Positions 6,832-16,645 of a DNA stretch of 36,271 bases are shown piece by piece. The stretch comes from a virus (lineage: Duplodnaviria > Heunggongvirae > Uroviricota > Caudoviricetes). The first letter of the stretch is position 1. Each line of letters begins with the position of its first letter. Location: IMG/VR virus record IMGVR_UViG_2695420676_000012. One strand, given 5' to 3'. The notes under the pieces are model-generated. The model ran no database searches. It had not been told where the DNA came from and saw only the letters and a program-made list of their open reading frames with translations. The translations under genes and the position numbers were made by a program.

Positions 6832-9800
6832 TTAAGAAACAGAAATACCAGTAGCGGCTTTCTTAGTTACCATTACCGTTAGATCGCTGATATATGCACT
6901 TGGGTTATAGTTGTTAACGCCCTTACAGTAAACTTCAAAAGTCATTGTTACTGCCCCGTGTCCGGCTGGCATGTCAATAACTCCACTGTACATACAGCCA
7001 GAAGTTGCAGTGCGATCATATAGAACACCACCATTTTTCTTAACGATTAGTCGGCAAGTATCCCAATGATCGCTACTTTCGCCACGACGAACAGACCCGT
7101 TATGATGAATCGCTGGAATCACTATTTGGCGATCGAATGGATGATCATCTTCGACCCTTACAGTGATTGCACCATCAGGCCAGTTTGGTTGGCGATGCGG
7201 GAAACTCCTACCAACCACTTTCACGAAGTCACCACGCACCTGATTAGCATCAAGCATACCCAAAATGCGGCAACTTGAATTAATCGTTACGTTGTTCATT
7301 TCGCCGGAATCAGCCACCAAATGACCACGAATATTAGCGTGTCTAAAATGACAAGTGCCATCTTTGCCGATATACCATCCATCGTTACCATTCCAGTTAT
7401 AAGACTGGATATAGTTACCAATTTTAGCATTATCGATAGAGCCATCAATGATATGACCTGTTCCGATCTGTGCGTGTTGGATGTGAGCGCCGTTAATCTG
7501 GGCTGTGCCGATCTTAGCCGTGGTGATACTAGCATCACTAATCTGGGCTGTGCCAATTGCAGCATTACGAATCATCGCATTATCAAGATAAACTTTGTTA
7601 TCTTCGATGCCAAACGGACAAACTTCTGATCCGTCTTGTGGAGCTACCGCGATTTTATCAGCCGTAAAGATGATTCTTGTCGGTTCTGCCGGATCATTGG
7701 TTGCGCTCATATGAATACCAGCCACGCGACCATCTGCATTAACTGCCAGATTATATTTGCTGTTAATGGTTCCCTTCAAAGCATCGATTTTTACATCTGC
7801 TTCCTGATTCACACCAGCAATCTTGCCATCCATTTCTACCCGAACTTGATCAATCTTACTTGCGCTTGCTGCCTCACTGGTAGCAATTGCTTGTTTCAGG
7901 GTAGTAGCAGATGCGCTAACTTCTTTGGTGATATCGCCTTTCAGTTCAGCTTTAACCTGATCAATCTTAGTTGCGCTGGCTTGCTCACTGGTAGCAATCA
8001 GACTCTTGAGAGTATCGGCTGAGGCTTGGACCGTCTGCCCTGTCTCGGTAGTAATCTGTTTATGCATTGCATCAATCTTAGCATCGGCATTAGCGCCAGC
8101 TTGAGCAATAGCATCCGCGATGGTTTCATCTAAGCGATCTTGTAAACCAATCAGGTCTTCCAGTGCTTCTTTGTCCTGATCGTCCCAGCTAATGGTAGAT
8201 TTCATTTGCATGAAATACGGTTCAGACCAAACAGCATCATCCATACCGAAAATATCATAGTGAGCACCACGGATATAATAATCACCGTCAGCCAAATCAA
8301 AGGAAGTATGACTAACGCTATTGGTAGTCACTGCCCTTGCATCGGAGAAAGTATTATCGGTTGCATACTGGATGATTGACCCTGCATAGTCATGTTCTAC
8401 GTCATCCGCCCAGCTAACAAACGCAGTATTAAAGCCACCACGCGCACTAAAACCTTTCATCGGCTTATGTTGTGGGTTGATAGCCACTAAACGCGCTGGG
8501 GCGCTCTCTGAGTTGTTATAGCCCTTGACTGATACTTCTACCGTCAATTCACGGGAAAGGCCGTTAAACTGGTTCATATCAAGCGTATAAGTCCATGATT
8601 CAGGATCGCGGGTACGGTACTGAATAGACTTACCAGCCTTGTTAGTTACCTTGATAATGTATGCTTCAAACAGGTCACTAAACTTGTTAGCTTCACCGTT
8701 GATCATCACATCTAATTGTTGCTGATTTTCCCATTCGATAATCAGATCATTGCCTTCGAAAGTACCAGGCGTGCTACCCTGATTTTTGATTCGAATAACC
8801 GGAGTCGGCAATTCATAGGTAACAGTAGGATTCTGGTTAACCAGTTCCACCCATTCGGAACGAGCAATAATACCGAAAGCACAAACGCGGTAATCGTAGG
8901 AGCGATCTTTTGCCAGTGCATTGATATTGAAAATTTGCTGTGAAGTCTGCCCCAGCTTAATCCAGTTAGGCGATCCACTTACACGGTAATCAATCTGGAA
9001 ACCGTAGCGGTTAAAATCTTCCGGTGCATCCCATGTCAAAGTAACGTTTTTACCGTGGATTGTCTCACCAGTTGCCTTAATTCTGAAATTAGTCGGTTTC
9101 TGTACTGTCATTGAATCCGGTAAACCAGTAGGTCTATTGTCTGGAGTTGCCGCATAGTTCAGGTCAGTATAAACCTGAGAATTATATTCTGTGGCGGTGA
9201 TAGTCATCATCCCAGCAATACCAGAATCAATAGAACGATCAATTGCAGTAATGCGCCAAAGTGAATTATTCAGTTTCAATTCATCATAGGTTACGCTGAT
9301 AACGTCCCATACTTCGGCGGTGAATGCGTCAGTAGTCATAAAGCTGATAACCTGAGTGATACGAGATTTATTTCGTTCTACACTCGCAAGTTTATCAATC
9401 TGGGCTTTAGACTTAACAAAACGATATTCAATATCTTTAGCGATAATTCGACCATCTTGACGAATAGTAGCATCGTTTTCAGCATCAGCCGGATAACGTA
9501 GCATTTGCTCTGAATAGTCGATTGATGGTTCTTGATACATCGCGTTAATGGTATTGAAATAACCGTTAGTGCCACCTGTTTTCAGTGATACCTTACCCAT
9601 CATGATATTGTCTTCATTGAAGGTATGCTTAACAATATCAGGAGCATCCAGTTTCAGCGTAATACGTCCAAAGGATTCGAACATCACCCCGCCGAAAGTC
9701 TGCATAAGGCTAGTTAAGTTCTCTTTAAAGCTGGCGTTCGGATCACATGCACCGTTGGAATGTAAATCCATCTGGCGTACTTGTTTACGCACTTTCAGGA

Positions 9801-10578
9801 ATGAATCAACGTTAATATTTTCAATCGGTACACTAAGACCATACTTTGTATTTGTCAGATAATGGAAAATCTGGTCCACGCCGTTAGTGCTAGCCTCAAT
9901 AGCATTGGTTTCAAGGTTACGAATCTTTAAGCCCATAACATCGACCGCTACCTGGCTATTAGGCTGGAGAATATCAACACCAGCAGCCAAAGATTTGTCA
10001 TCACGACGTAAAACAATACACATGGTCGCAATGCCGTTACCCTGATACCGATCATCCCAATCAGCGCCCAAATGATGTTTAGCTAAATCCAATGCAGTGT
10101 TAGGATTTTTACCCGTGCGAAACTCGACTTCTAAAACTTTGCGGTATTCGTCTTTAATGTTTCCTTTATCGAGAATGCCATCACGAATTGTCATATTCTG
10201 GCTAATGAGAACGTTTTTATTATCGATGTGCAGTGCTTTAAAGTGATCGATCTCACCTTCGGCAATAGCAAAAATTTGTACCAGCTTGTTATTTTCACGC
10301 TGTGAAATTGCCTTGTAAACGCAGATTGCACCAGTTCGGGTAGTACCGAAAAGAACGGGTAAAACTGTCTTAGGATCGTTTGATGTTCCTAGTGTCACCG
10401 CATTATCTGGGCTTTGTACTTTAGGTGTTTTTGGTGCGCCTACAGTGGAAGCGATCAAGGTCATTGCACCAGCAGCCATACCGATAGCGACTGCGGTCAT
10501 AACAGAAAATGTTGCAGCAGCAGCCATCCCAGCAGACGCACCAGCAATAACCGCGCCTACCAATATTTCAAATCCCAT
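6832..10578 (-). CDS. central tail fibre / host-specificity protein (lambda gpJ-like), 1248 aa
   Basis: Size and position after a K-like gene; C-terminal ~110 aa ('DDHPFDRQIV...VIDMPAG...TGISVS') resemble my recollection of the lambda J receptor-binding end; SD 'GGGGGTG'. Confidence 0.8.
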   Translation of the reverse strand: MGFEILVGAVIAGASAGMAAAATFSVMTAVAIGMAAGAMTLIASTVGAPKTPKVQSPDNAVTLGTSNDPKTVLPVLFGTTRTGAICVYKAISQRENNKLVQIFAIAEGEIDHFKALHIDNKNVLISQNMTIRDGILDKGNIKDEYRKVLEVEFRTGKNPNTALDLAKHHLGADWDDRYQGNGIATMCIVLRRDDKSLAAGVDILQPNSQVAVDVMGLKIRNLETNAIEASTNGVDQIFHYLTNTKYGLSVPIENINVDSFLKVRKQVRQMDLHSNGACDPNASFKENLTSLMQTFGGVMFESFGRITLKLDAPDIVKHTFNEDNIMMGKVSLKTGGTNGYFNTINAMYQEPSIDYSEQMLRYPADAENDATIRQDGRIIAKDIEYRFVKSKAQIDKLASVERNKSRITQVISFMTTDAFTAEVWDVISVTYDELKLNNSLWRITAIDRSIDSGIAGMMTITATEYNSQVYTDLNYAATPDNRPTGLPDSMTVQKPTNFRIKATGETIHGKNVTLTWDAPEDFNRYGFQIDYRVSGSPNWIKLGQTSQQIFNINALAKDRSYDYRVCAFGIIARSEWVELVNQNPTVTYELPTPVIRIKNQGSTPGTFEGNDLIIEWENQQQLDVMINGEANKFSDLFEAYIIKVTNKAGKSIQYRTRDPESWTYTLDMNQFNGLSRELTVEVSVKGYNNSESAPARLVAINPQHKPMKGFSARGGFNTAFVSWADDVEHDYAGSIIQYATDNTFSDARAVTTNSVSHTSFDLADGDYYIRGAHYDIFGMDDAVWSEPYFMQMKSTISWDDQDKEALEDLIGLQDRLDETIADAIAQAGANADAKIDAMHKQITTETGQTVQASADTLKSLIATSEQASATKIDQVKAELKGDITKEVSASATTLKQAIATSEAASASKIDQVRVEMDGKIAGVNQEADVKIDALKGTINSKYNLAVNADGRVAGIHMSATNDPAEPTRIIFTADKIAVAPQDGSEVCPFGIEDNKVYLDNAMIRNAAIGTAQISDASITTAKIGTAQINGAHIQHAQIGTGHIIDGSIDNAKIGNYIQSYNWNGNDGWYIGKDGTCHFRHANIRGHLVADSGEMNNVTINSSCRILGMLDANQVRGDFVKVVGRSFPHRQPNWPDGAITVRVEDDHPFDRQIVIPAIHHNGSVRRGESSDHWDTCRLIVKKNGGVLYDRTATSGCMYSGVIDMPAGHGAVTMTFEVYCKGVNNYNPSAYISDLTVMVTKKAATGISVS

Positions 10579-10997
10579 TATTCACCCCCGAATCTATAAA
10601 CTTGTTCATAGTCAATGTCTGAAACAGGAATGGTCATCCAGATACCATCTTCTTCAACAAGGCCATAACCGGAATAATGAGGAACTACGGAATAATATTT
10701 GCGGTTTCCTAATTTGTGGGCTGTGACCAGTAAGTCGCCGTCCTGTAAATCATCAGTGACTAATTTGAAATGTTTCTTAATTGGTTGAAGGATATTTGAA
10801 TACCCGCTTAATTCTTTGCAGATTTTCAAGCCTTCTTCTTTAGTTGAATATTTTTTATAAAGAGAATTATATAGGTCAGTACCAGCGAGAATATCGATGA
10901 TCTTACATGCAATTAGATTGCAATCATTCTCGCCTTGAACGAACTCCTGACCTATTAAAGAATTGATGTAATCGGTGATAAGCCTAGTTTTTAGCAT
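10578..10997 (-). CDS. tail tip protein with NlpC/P60-like motifs (lambda gpK-like)
   Basis: 'ENDCNLIACKI' (Cys) and later 'VVPHYSGYG' (His); start set at the ATG with SD GGAGGT (track ORF extends to 11153 through a start lacking an SD). Confidence 0.45.
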   Translation of the reverse strand: MLKTRLITDYINSLIGQEFVQGENDCNLIACKIIDILAGTDLYNSLYKKYSTKEEGLKICKELSGYSNILQPIKKHFKLVTDDLQDGDLLVTAHKLGNRKYYSVVPHYSGYGLVEEDGIWMTIPVSDIDYEQVYRFGGE

Positions 10998-11043
10998 GTT
11001 GAATACCTCCATGCTGTTATTTACTAGGCTTAGGGAGAAGGGA

Positions 11044-11697
11044 TTATTTCTTCGATGAATGCCACTTGCTTTCCGATTGCCAGCGCCCGGTCCTTGAGAA
11101 GAATAGATCGTTCTCGTTTCCAACATAGGAACGGTGGATACCATCGGAGGCATGACTACGAGCGTTTTTATCTAGAACTTCCCAGATACTATTAAGCTGA
11201 AATTCTGATTCGTTTTTACACTCATCATCTTCATGTTCGATGTTAATACCGATGGAATCGACTACCCCACGGAAAACAGGGTAAGTGGTTTCAACCTTGC
11301 CCGTGTTGGGGTTAAGGAAAACCATCTCGATTTTCACATCGGATTTATCGAATTGCTTGTTTCGAATGAGAGTAATGTATTCTTCGCGAACGTTAGAAAC
11401 GGTTACGTTAATCCCGTTGTTGTTGATCTCCTTCTCTTCGGTATTCGATGAGATTTGAAGAAAATCACCCGTTGCGAGATACGTAAATCCGTTATAGTCC
11501 AAATCGAAATACCCATCTGTAAGCCGTAGAACGTCCCCTGACGCTGTTATCACTTCGATAATGTGAAACATCGATCCAGTGGAAAAAAGCTGCGGTAGCG
11601 TCAATCTAGACACGTTCTGACCTGTCTGGTCGTTGTAGACCTCGATGAAGTCCAGATTAGTGCATAGTTTGCTGAATGATTCCTGAATAGTTGCCAT
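11044..11697 (-). CDS. minor tail protein (lambda gpL-like by position and size)
   Basis: ~218 aa between the M-like and K-like genes; start ATG overlaps the upstream stop (TAATG); weak resemblance to gpL. Confidence 0.4.
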   Translation of the reverse strand: MATIQESFSKLCTNLDFIEVYNDQTGQNVSRLTLPQLFSTGSMFHIIEVITASGDVLRLTDGYFDLDYNGFTYLATGDFLQISSNTEEKEINNNGINVTVSNVREEYITLIRNKQFDKSDVKIEMVFLNPNTGKVETTYPVFRGVVDSIGINIEHEDDECKNESEFQLNSIWEVLDKNARSHASDGIHRSYVGNENDLFFSRTGRWQSESKWHSSKK

Positions 11698-12257
11698 TAT
11701 ACATTCTCCACTAATTCGAATTTCATCTTGCCAATCTGGGCGATCTTCCAATCGATATTTTCAGTTTTGAGAACAAATTCACCTTCTACGTTCTGATACT
11801 TGATCACCTCACCAGCCAGGACGTTTTGACGCAAGTTAGGGAAGAGTTTCATTTCACCACCTGATTTCACATCTTCGGTGATCGTGTAGATTTTCTTGTG
11901 GTTCTCAAACTGGATGATAGTTCCCGCTTTCAGTGTTCCGGTGAAGTTGGAGAGTCTTACCTTACGCCCACCGCGAGCAGTACCAGCAGCAGCCGTTACC
12001 ATCTGGCGTACATCGCCTGTATATTTTGAAAAGTAAGACAGTGGCACACTAAAAGGACGACCAAAAAGGTGACGTGCTACAAATTCTTTTACTTCGTTAA
12101 TATCCTGAGCCATGAAATTAGCTGTAAATTCTGCTTCATAAAAATGAATACCAGTAAAGCGACGCTGGAACTTACCAGAAATAGATTGCGCCTTGAAGAA
12201 AGGCTGTTTTGATTTAAGAGTAAAATCTGTGATTTTAATATTCTTGGATTTGAACAT
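11697..12257 (-). CDS. minor/distal tail protein (gpM/Dit position), 186 aa
   Basis: First gene after the tape measure; SD 'GGGGG' lies in the 3' arm of the 12263-12302 hairpin. Confidence 0.4.
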   Translation of the reverse strand: MFKSKNIKITDFTLKSKQPFFKAQSISGKFQRRFTGIHFYEAEFTANFMAQDINEVKEFVARHLFGRPFSVPLSYFSKYTGDVRQMVTAAAGTARGGRKVRLSNFTGTLKAGTIIQFENHKKIYTITEDVKSGGEMKLFPNLRQNVLAGEVIKYQNVEGEFVLKTENIDWKIAQIGKMKFELVENV

Positions 12258-12258
12258 A

Positions 12259-12306
12259 GAAAAGCCCCCATAGTTTTATGATTATTTATCACTATGGGGG
12301 CTTTTA
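12259..12306 (-). terminator. intercistronic hairpin (attenuator) between tape-measure and distal tail genes
   Basis: Perfect 11-bp inverted repeat 'agcccccatag / ctatgggggct' with 18-nt loop; on the minus transcript followed by 'UUUUCU' and the ATG; 3' arm contains the SD. Confidence 0.45.
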
Positions 12307-12307
12307 A

Positions 12308-14737
12308 TTACATCTTACGACGCTGAACGTCTTCTATCGCCTGAGCAACAAACTTAGCGTGACGTTTGATAGCATCCATGACCATCTTGTCTGAGCTATT
12401 AACGTTGCCGTTAATGTTCAAAGGCGCATTAACTTCAATCGGCTGAGAGTTACCACCACCTGATTTTTGAGCAGCAAGGAAGTCTTTCAAATCACCGTTA
12501 GTACGCTGATCAACTACTCGTTCACCCTTATCAAGCAACCATGTACCCTCACGAGGGATGTTATCAATACCATCATGAGCCATACCGCTAACGTTAGTAG
12601 ACTTGATGTTTGCGATGTTCCCCATGTTCTGAGAAACAGCCAATGCAGCAGCCGCGATTTTTTGACCTGTGGTGACGTTGGTCGGATCGTTCCATGCATC
12701 GGTAGCAGCCGTCCACATGTTCACCGTCGCTTGTCCGATAGAGAATGCTTTATGAGCATTGAAAGCCATCTGCATAGCTTTAGTGTTTTCCTGCCCGAAG
12801 AGAGTCATTGCAGCAGCAAAACCGCCGTACATATCATCGGCTATTGACTGGCGAGCATCAGCATATTTCTTCTCAATTGCAGCCATTCGTTTTTGATGGT
12901 TTTCATTGAGTTTTTCTAATGCTTCCATCCGTTTAGCCGGATCGGTGATCCCATCAATCTTGAGTTTATCGGTCTTATAATCTTGTTCAGCATCCGATTT
13001 CTCTTTATCGATTGCATTAAATTTAGCAAACGGATTATTTGAGTCCTGATAGTCTAAGCTATTGGTCAATTGATTGGTTTTAAAACCATCCATTCCATGC
13101 AAAGAATCTTCAATCTGTGAATAACTTTGTTCGGTATCATTCACACGACGCATATATTCTTCGTAGGAGATAGCCTTACCATCAAGTAACCGTTTATGGC
13201 TTTCTAACTCGTTGTCCCTGATTTGTTGCAATTGTGTTAAAGCATTCAGAGCATCAACCGGATCAGCACCTAAGACCATTTTGTATACGTTTTCAGTATT
13301 CTGATCGATTAGCGCCTGGCGTTTCGCGGCTGCGTCTTCCTGAGAGATTAAGCCCAGAGCTAAAGCAGTATCCAAATCTTTCAAACTGGCTTCTAACTGC
13401 TTGTTTTGAGAAGCAATAGACGCGGCGACCTGCCCTTGCAATTTAACATCAAGTGCATTCAGTCGCTTGATTGCGTCCTCGCGTTCTTTCTGTGCTTTTT
13501 CTGCGGCTTCCTTAGCCTTTTTAGCTGCCTCTTCCGCTTTCTTGCGTGCTTCTTCTTCGGCTTTCTTCTCGTTGCCAGATTTACCCAATGATTCTGGTCT
13601 TACTGGTTTATTTGGTATAGTCAAATCAGTGTTAGGATCTGCCTTGCGTGTCAGATGTTCCCCGTTATCGACAACAATCAGAGAGCCATTTTTCTTATAA
13701 GAATCACCAAAACGTTTCTTAAATCCTTCAACATCAAAGCCAGCAGTACGAGGATCGACACCAGCACCACGGATCGCGGCCTTTTCCCAATCTGCCAGAT
13801 TATTCCAACGCTTTTCTTTATTGTACTTGTCAATAATTTTTTGAGCGTCTTTATGGTTGGCGTTAAGAATACCGCCAGTTGCGGTCTTGCCTTCTTTATT
13901 CAGTCGATCTAATGCCCTGAATAGAGAACTCTTTTCCCAATCAATATTAAACCAGTCAAATAACCAGTTTAAACTATCAACCAGCGGACCAGAAATGGTC
14001 ATACCGACACCTTTCAGGTTATTTTCCAGCTTATTGATATTTTGAGAAAATTTATCATATTTTTTAGCGTTTTCTTCGGTGACGTTAACAGATTGATTCT
14101 GAATAGCGATCATCGCCTCTTGAGCAGTATTATATTTCTCAAGCTGGCTGGTCATATGGCTTGAATCACTGGCTAAAGATTCCATCATGAACTTGATTTC
14201 AGCCATTGATTTTCCGGCTTTCTTCATGTCATAGAACACTTGGATCGCCGCTTTCATACCACCTTGCGGATCAGTCATGAAGTGAGCATAGTTTTCTAAC
14301 TTAAGGCCAACCGATTCTAAGTCATCGGCAATACCGCCACCGTTAGCCCATGCATCACCCATTTTATCTAAGGTGTCTTTGTTGATATCACCGAATTTTT
14401 CAACTGTTAGGCCAGTACCAGAAAATTCCTTTTCCAGTCTTTGAAGGGATTCAATCGAGAGTCCGGTCGCCCTAGATACTTCTGAATACTGTTTAACGTA
14501 TTCCGCACCAGCTTTAGCGGCTGCAACCACTGCGGTCGCAACTAAACCGATACCACCAGCAGCCAAACCAGCAGAGCCAGCGATCCCACGAAGAGATCCA
14601 GTCAGACCAGACAAGCCACCACCAAAATCAATATTACTTGCCTTTTCAGACAAATCATCGAGCAGGTCAGCGGCTTCACTAGTGCTTCTCTTTAGCCCTT
14701 TATTATCCCCTTCTATTGTTACTATATGTTTTGTCAT
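12308..14737 (-). CDS. tail tape measure protein, 809 aa
   Basis: Long Ala/Gly- and coiled-coil-rich protein between the chaperone pair and the tail-tip genes; SD 'AAAGGGGT'. Confidence 0.8.
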   Translation of the reverse strand: MTKHIVTIEGDNKGLKRSTSEAADLLDDLSEKASNIDFGGGLSGLTGSLRGIAGSAGLAAGGIGLVATAVVAAAKAGAEYVKQYSEVSRATGLSIESLQRLEKEFSGTGLTVEKFGDINKDTLDKMGDAWANGGGIADDLESVGLKLENYAHFMTDPQGGMKAAIQVFYDMKKAGKSMAEIKFMMESLASDSSHMTSQLEKYNTAQEAMIAIQNQSVNVTEENAKKYDKFSQNINKLENNLKGVGMTISGPLVDSLNWLFDWFNIDWEKSSLFRALDRLNKEGKTATGGILNANHKDAQKIIDKYNKEKRWNNLADWEKAAIRGAGVDPRTAGFDVEGFKKRFGDSYKKNGSLIVVDNGEHLTRKADPNTDLTIPNKPVRPESLGKSGNEKKAEEEARKKAEEAAKKAKEAAEKAQKEREDAIKRLNALDVKLQGQVAASIASQNKQLEASLKDLDTALALGLISQEDAAAKRQALIDQNTENVYKMVLGADPVDALNALTQLQQIRDNELESHKRLLDGKAISYEEYMRRVNDTEQSYSQIEDSLHGMDGFKTNQLTNSLDYQDSNNPFAKFNAIDKEKSDAEQDYKTDKLKIDGITDPAKRMEALEKLNENHQKRMAAIEKKYADARQSIADDMYGGFAAAMTLFGQENTKAMQMAFNAHKAFSIGQATVNMWTAATDAWNDPTNVTTGQKIAAAALAVSQNMGNIANIKSTNVSGMAHDGIDNIPREGTWLLDKGERVVDQRTNGDLKDFLAAQKSGGGNSQPIEVNAPLNINGNVNSSDKMVMDAIKRHAKFVAQAIEDVQRRKM

Positions 14738-14748
14738 AAATTACCCCT

Positions 14749-15090
14749 TTAACCGCTTCTGAGTTTCTCAAGCAAAGATGGATCAAACATGTTCAGCATT
14801 GCCGCTTTACGTTCTTCTTCTTTCTTGCGTGCAAGTTCTTCCAGTTCTTCTTTAGTTTTAAAGAGTTTTTCTTCTCTAATTAATTGGAATTGGCTAGGCT
14901 TGAGTTTGCGTGCAGTTTCGCGTGTCATTCCTTGCGACGTCATATACATGGAATATTGCAACATCGCATTCTGCATATCATGAAACGCGGGGCTTTGTGG
15001 TTCTAAGTAGGTGTCGAAAATGTATAATTTCCAAAACAGAGTGATTGGCATATTATCCATTTCATCTTTACTAAGCCCCGATCGCATCAT
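14749..15090 (-). CDS. tail assembly chaperone, T-frame portion (probably expressed as a G-T fusion by -1 frameshift)
   Basis: Frame is open from 15135, overlapping the last 5 codons of the upstream chaperone gene in the -1 frame; lies between major tail protein and tape measure. Confidence 0.5.
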   Translation of the reverse strand: MMRSGLSKDEMDNMPITLFWKLYIFDTYLEPQSPAFHDMQNAMLQYSMYMTSQGMTRETARKLKPSQFQLIREEKLFKTKEELEELARKKEEERKAAMLNMFDPSLLEKLRSG

Positions 15091-15119
15091 TTGCCGGAAA
15101 TAGAAATTCAGAAGCGGGT

Positions 15120-15135
15120 TTACTTTACCTCGTTT
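15120..15135 (-). other. candidate programmed -1 frameshift window (G/GT-type)
   Basis: Overlap between the end of the 15120-15428 ORF and the open -1 frame leading into 14749-15090; no canonical X XXY YYZ heptamer seen. Confidence 0.35.
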
Positions 15136-15428
15136 TCAATTACTGCCGGATCTTGCATCAATGACGCTTGAGCAACCAAACCGATTAATTCACTGCGGAC
15201 GTTAGTATACAGTGCCTTAACTTGTTCCATAGATTCAAATACTGGTTTACCGTCTTCATCTTCAATACAACGAAGAATAGAACGTTCATCACGGTCATCT
15301 TTATCGGTATTGAAAACATGTTCGTTAAATTCTTTTACTGACATAGGGCGAGCATAGAAAGTGAATCCACCGATGGTCAGAGATTCGCGTTTCGGAGAAA
15401 GAGCTTTCAGCATTTCATTAATATTCAT
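15120..15428 (-). CDS. tail assembly chaperone (gpG-like), 102 aa
   Basis: Immediately downstream of the major tail protein gene; SD 'AAGAGGAAA'. Confidence 0.55.
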   Translation of the reverse strand: MNINEMLKALSPKRESLTIGGFTFYARPMSVKEFNEHVFNTDKDDRDERSILRCIEDEDGKPVFESMEQVKALYTNVRSELIGLVAQASLMQDPAVIENEVK

Positions 15429-15473
15429 TCTTGTTTCCTCTTAAGTTAATTCGATATGTTTATTTAGAATTGG

Positions 15474-15503
15474 AAACAAAAAAGCCACCCCGAAGGATGG
15501 CTA
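15474..15503 (-). terminator. Rho-independent terminator after the major tail protein gene
   Basis: Minus transcript 'agccatcc-UUCG-gggtggcu' followed by 'uuuuuu'. Confidence 0.55.
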
Positions 15504-15510
15504 GATAATA

Positions 15511-15981
15511 TTAGAGTTTCTGGAAAACAGCTTGTTTAACCGGAGCACCATCTACTACAAAGGTGAAGGTACGGCCTACTACAGTATCCTCACCACCAGT
15601 CATGGTAGTTTTAGACAGGAAGCCGTTATAAGCGATATGTACACCAGATTTTTTCGTAGCGTCGATGTAGTAAGCAATTTTAAGCTGTACGCGCTTACCG
15701 TCTTCGGTTGCTTTAATCAGTTTTTCGTGTACTTCGTTACCCGGCATGTAGTTGATCGAAAGTTCGATATCCGGTACAGACATACGACCAACCAGCTTAC
15801 GGTTATACGGACCACCGAAGTTAGGAACATCGACAGTAGAACGTTCTACACCAGTTTCCGGGAAAGCCGCACATTCTGGAATTTCCAGATAGCTTTCACT
15901 GTCAAGATCGGTGTTAGTTACTTCTTCATGCAGAAACAGACCAACGAGGCCACCAGAAAAAATATCAAATTTAGTAGTCAT
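15511..15981 (-). CDS. major tail (tube) protein, lambda gpV N-domain-like, 156 aa
   Basis: Position just upstream of the chaperone pair; strongly biased high-expression codons; 'ELSINYMPGNEVHEKLIKATEDGKRVQLKIAYY' resembles the gpV 'MPGEQG...YKIRF' region (recollection); own terminator. Confidence 0.6.
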   Translation of the reverse strand: MTTKFDIFSGGLVGLFLHEEVTNTDLDSESYLEIPECAAFPETGVERSTVDVPNFGGPYNRKLVGRMSVPDIELSINYMPGNEVHEKLIKATEDGKRVQLKIAYYIDATKKSGVHIAYNGFLSKTTMTGGEDTVVGRTFTFVVDGAPVKQAVFQKL

Positions 15982-16035
15982 TATTCTTTTCCTTCTATTT
16001 TAAACAATAGGGCACATACCCGTAATTCTATTTAT

Positions 16036-16338
16036 TTAGCGGTTGCTCAAACGTCTATAACGAAGATGAGCGATCCCCCTATTTGTGCTAACGGTAATTA
16101 CCGCCCCTTGCGGTGCAATACAAGAATGAATCTGTCCCCAATCATGACCCTTATGGCTTCCAGAAACACACAAACCATGAATAAGCAATTCAGAGTCACC
16201 ACCGCCACCACCGGAAGAATGAGCACAGAATGAAATAGTCCCGAAAGCGTCGGCTGTCCAACCGTTAGGAATATCAAACCATCCTTGATTTGCTTTACCC
16301 GCCCTATTCCCCAAAGCGCCATCTACCCAAAATGCCAT
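16036..16338 (-). CDS. small glycine-rich protein, paralog 3 of 3 (100 aa)
   Basis: Shares 'W....FDIPNGW', Gly-run and 'G..WG...V..G..V' with the two upstream paralogs; start overlaps the upstream stop (TAATG). Confidence 0.55.
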   Translation of the reverse strand: MAFWVDGALGNRAGKANQGWFDIPNGWTADAFGTISFCAHSSGGGGGDSELLIHGLCVSGSHKGHDWGQIHSCIAPQGAVITVSTNRGIAHLRYRRLSNR

Positions 16339-16643
16339 TAGTGCATTCTCCTGAATTTAAAATAATGCAAACTACCTTTACCCAATGTAAAGCTAACGGT
16401 AGCACCAGCGCCAACTAAAGAACTAGCGCCCCAACTCCCAGCATCACCAGCATGATGACCTGATTCAATCAATCCATTTACAGCCAATTCAGAATCAAGA
16501 TCACCAGCACCGTTAATGGCTTCCATATGAGCAAAAACAATTCCGCATGAATCAGTAACCCAGCCGTTGGGGATATCAAAATATCCACCATTAGCCCAAA
16601 TACTAATAGCGTTTGACATTCTTTGATTTATCCATCCAGCCAT
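16338..16643 (-). CDS. small glycine-rich protein, paralog 2 of 3 (101 aa)
   Basis: Same conserved motifs (FDIPNGW, ...TVSFTLG...YFKF) as paralog 1. Confidence 0.55.
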   Translation of the reverse strand: MAGWINQRMSNAISIWANGGYFDIPNGWVTDSCGIVFAHMEAINGAGDLDSELAVNGLIESGHHAGDAGSWGASSLVGAGATVSFTLGKGSLHYFKFRRMH

Positions 16644-16645
16644 AA

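Noticed and set aside
7066-8022. Plus-strand ORFs (70-128 aa) inside the J-like gene, and similar antisense ORFs inside the tape-measure (12467-14045), tail-fibre (17191-20223), capsid (22378-23697), portal (24832-25486) and recombinase (1794-2009, 3030-3275) genes
   Set aside because: All are embedded antisense or out of frame within long, well-supported genes, lack SD sequences and have low-complexity or Cys-rich translations typical of chance ORFs.
16098-16322. 74-aa ORF nested in the third small paralog
   Set aside because: Alternative frame fully inside the 16036-16338 gene; the paralog frame is supported by conservation with its two neighbours.
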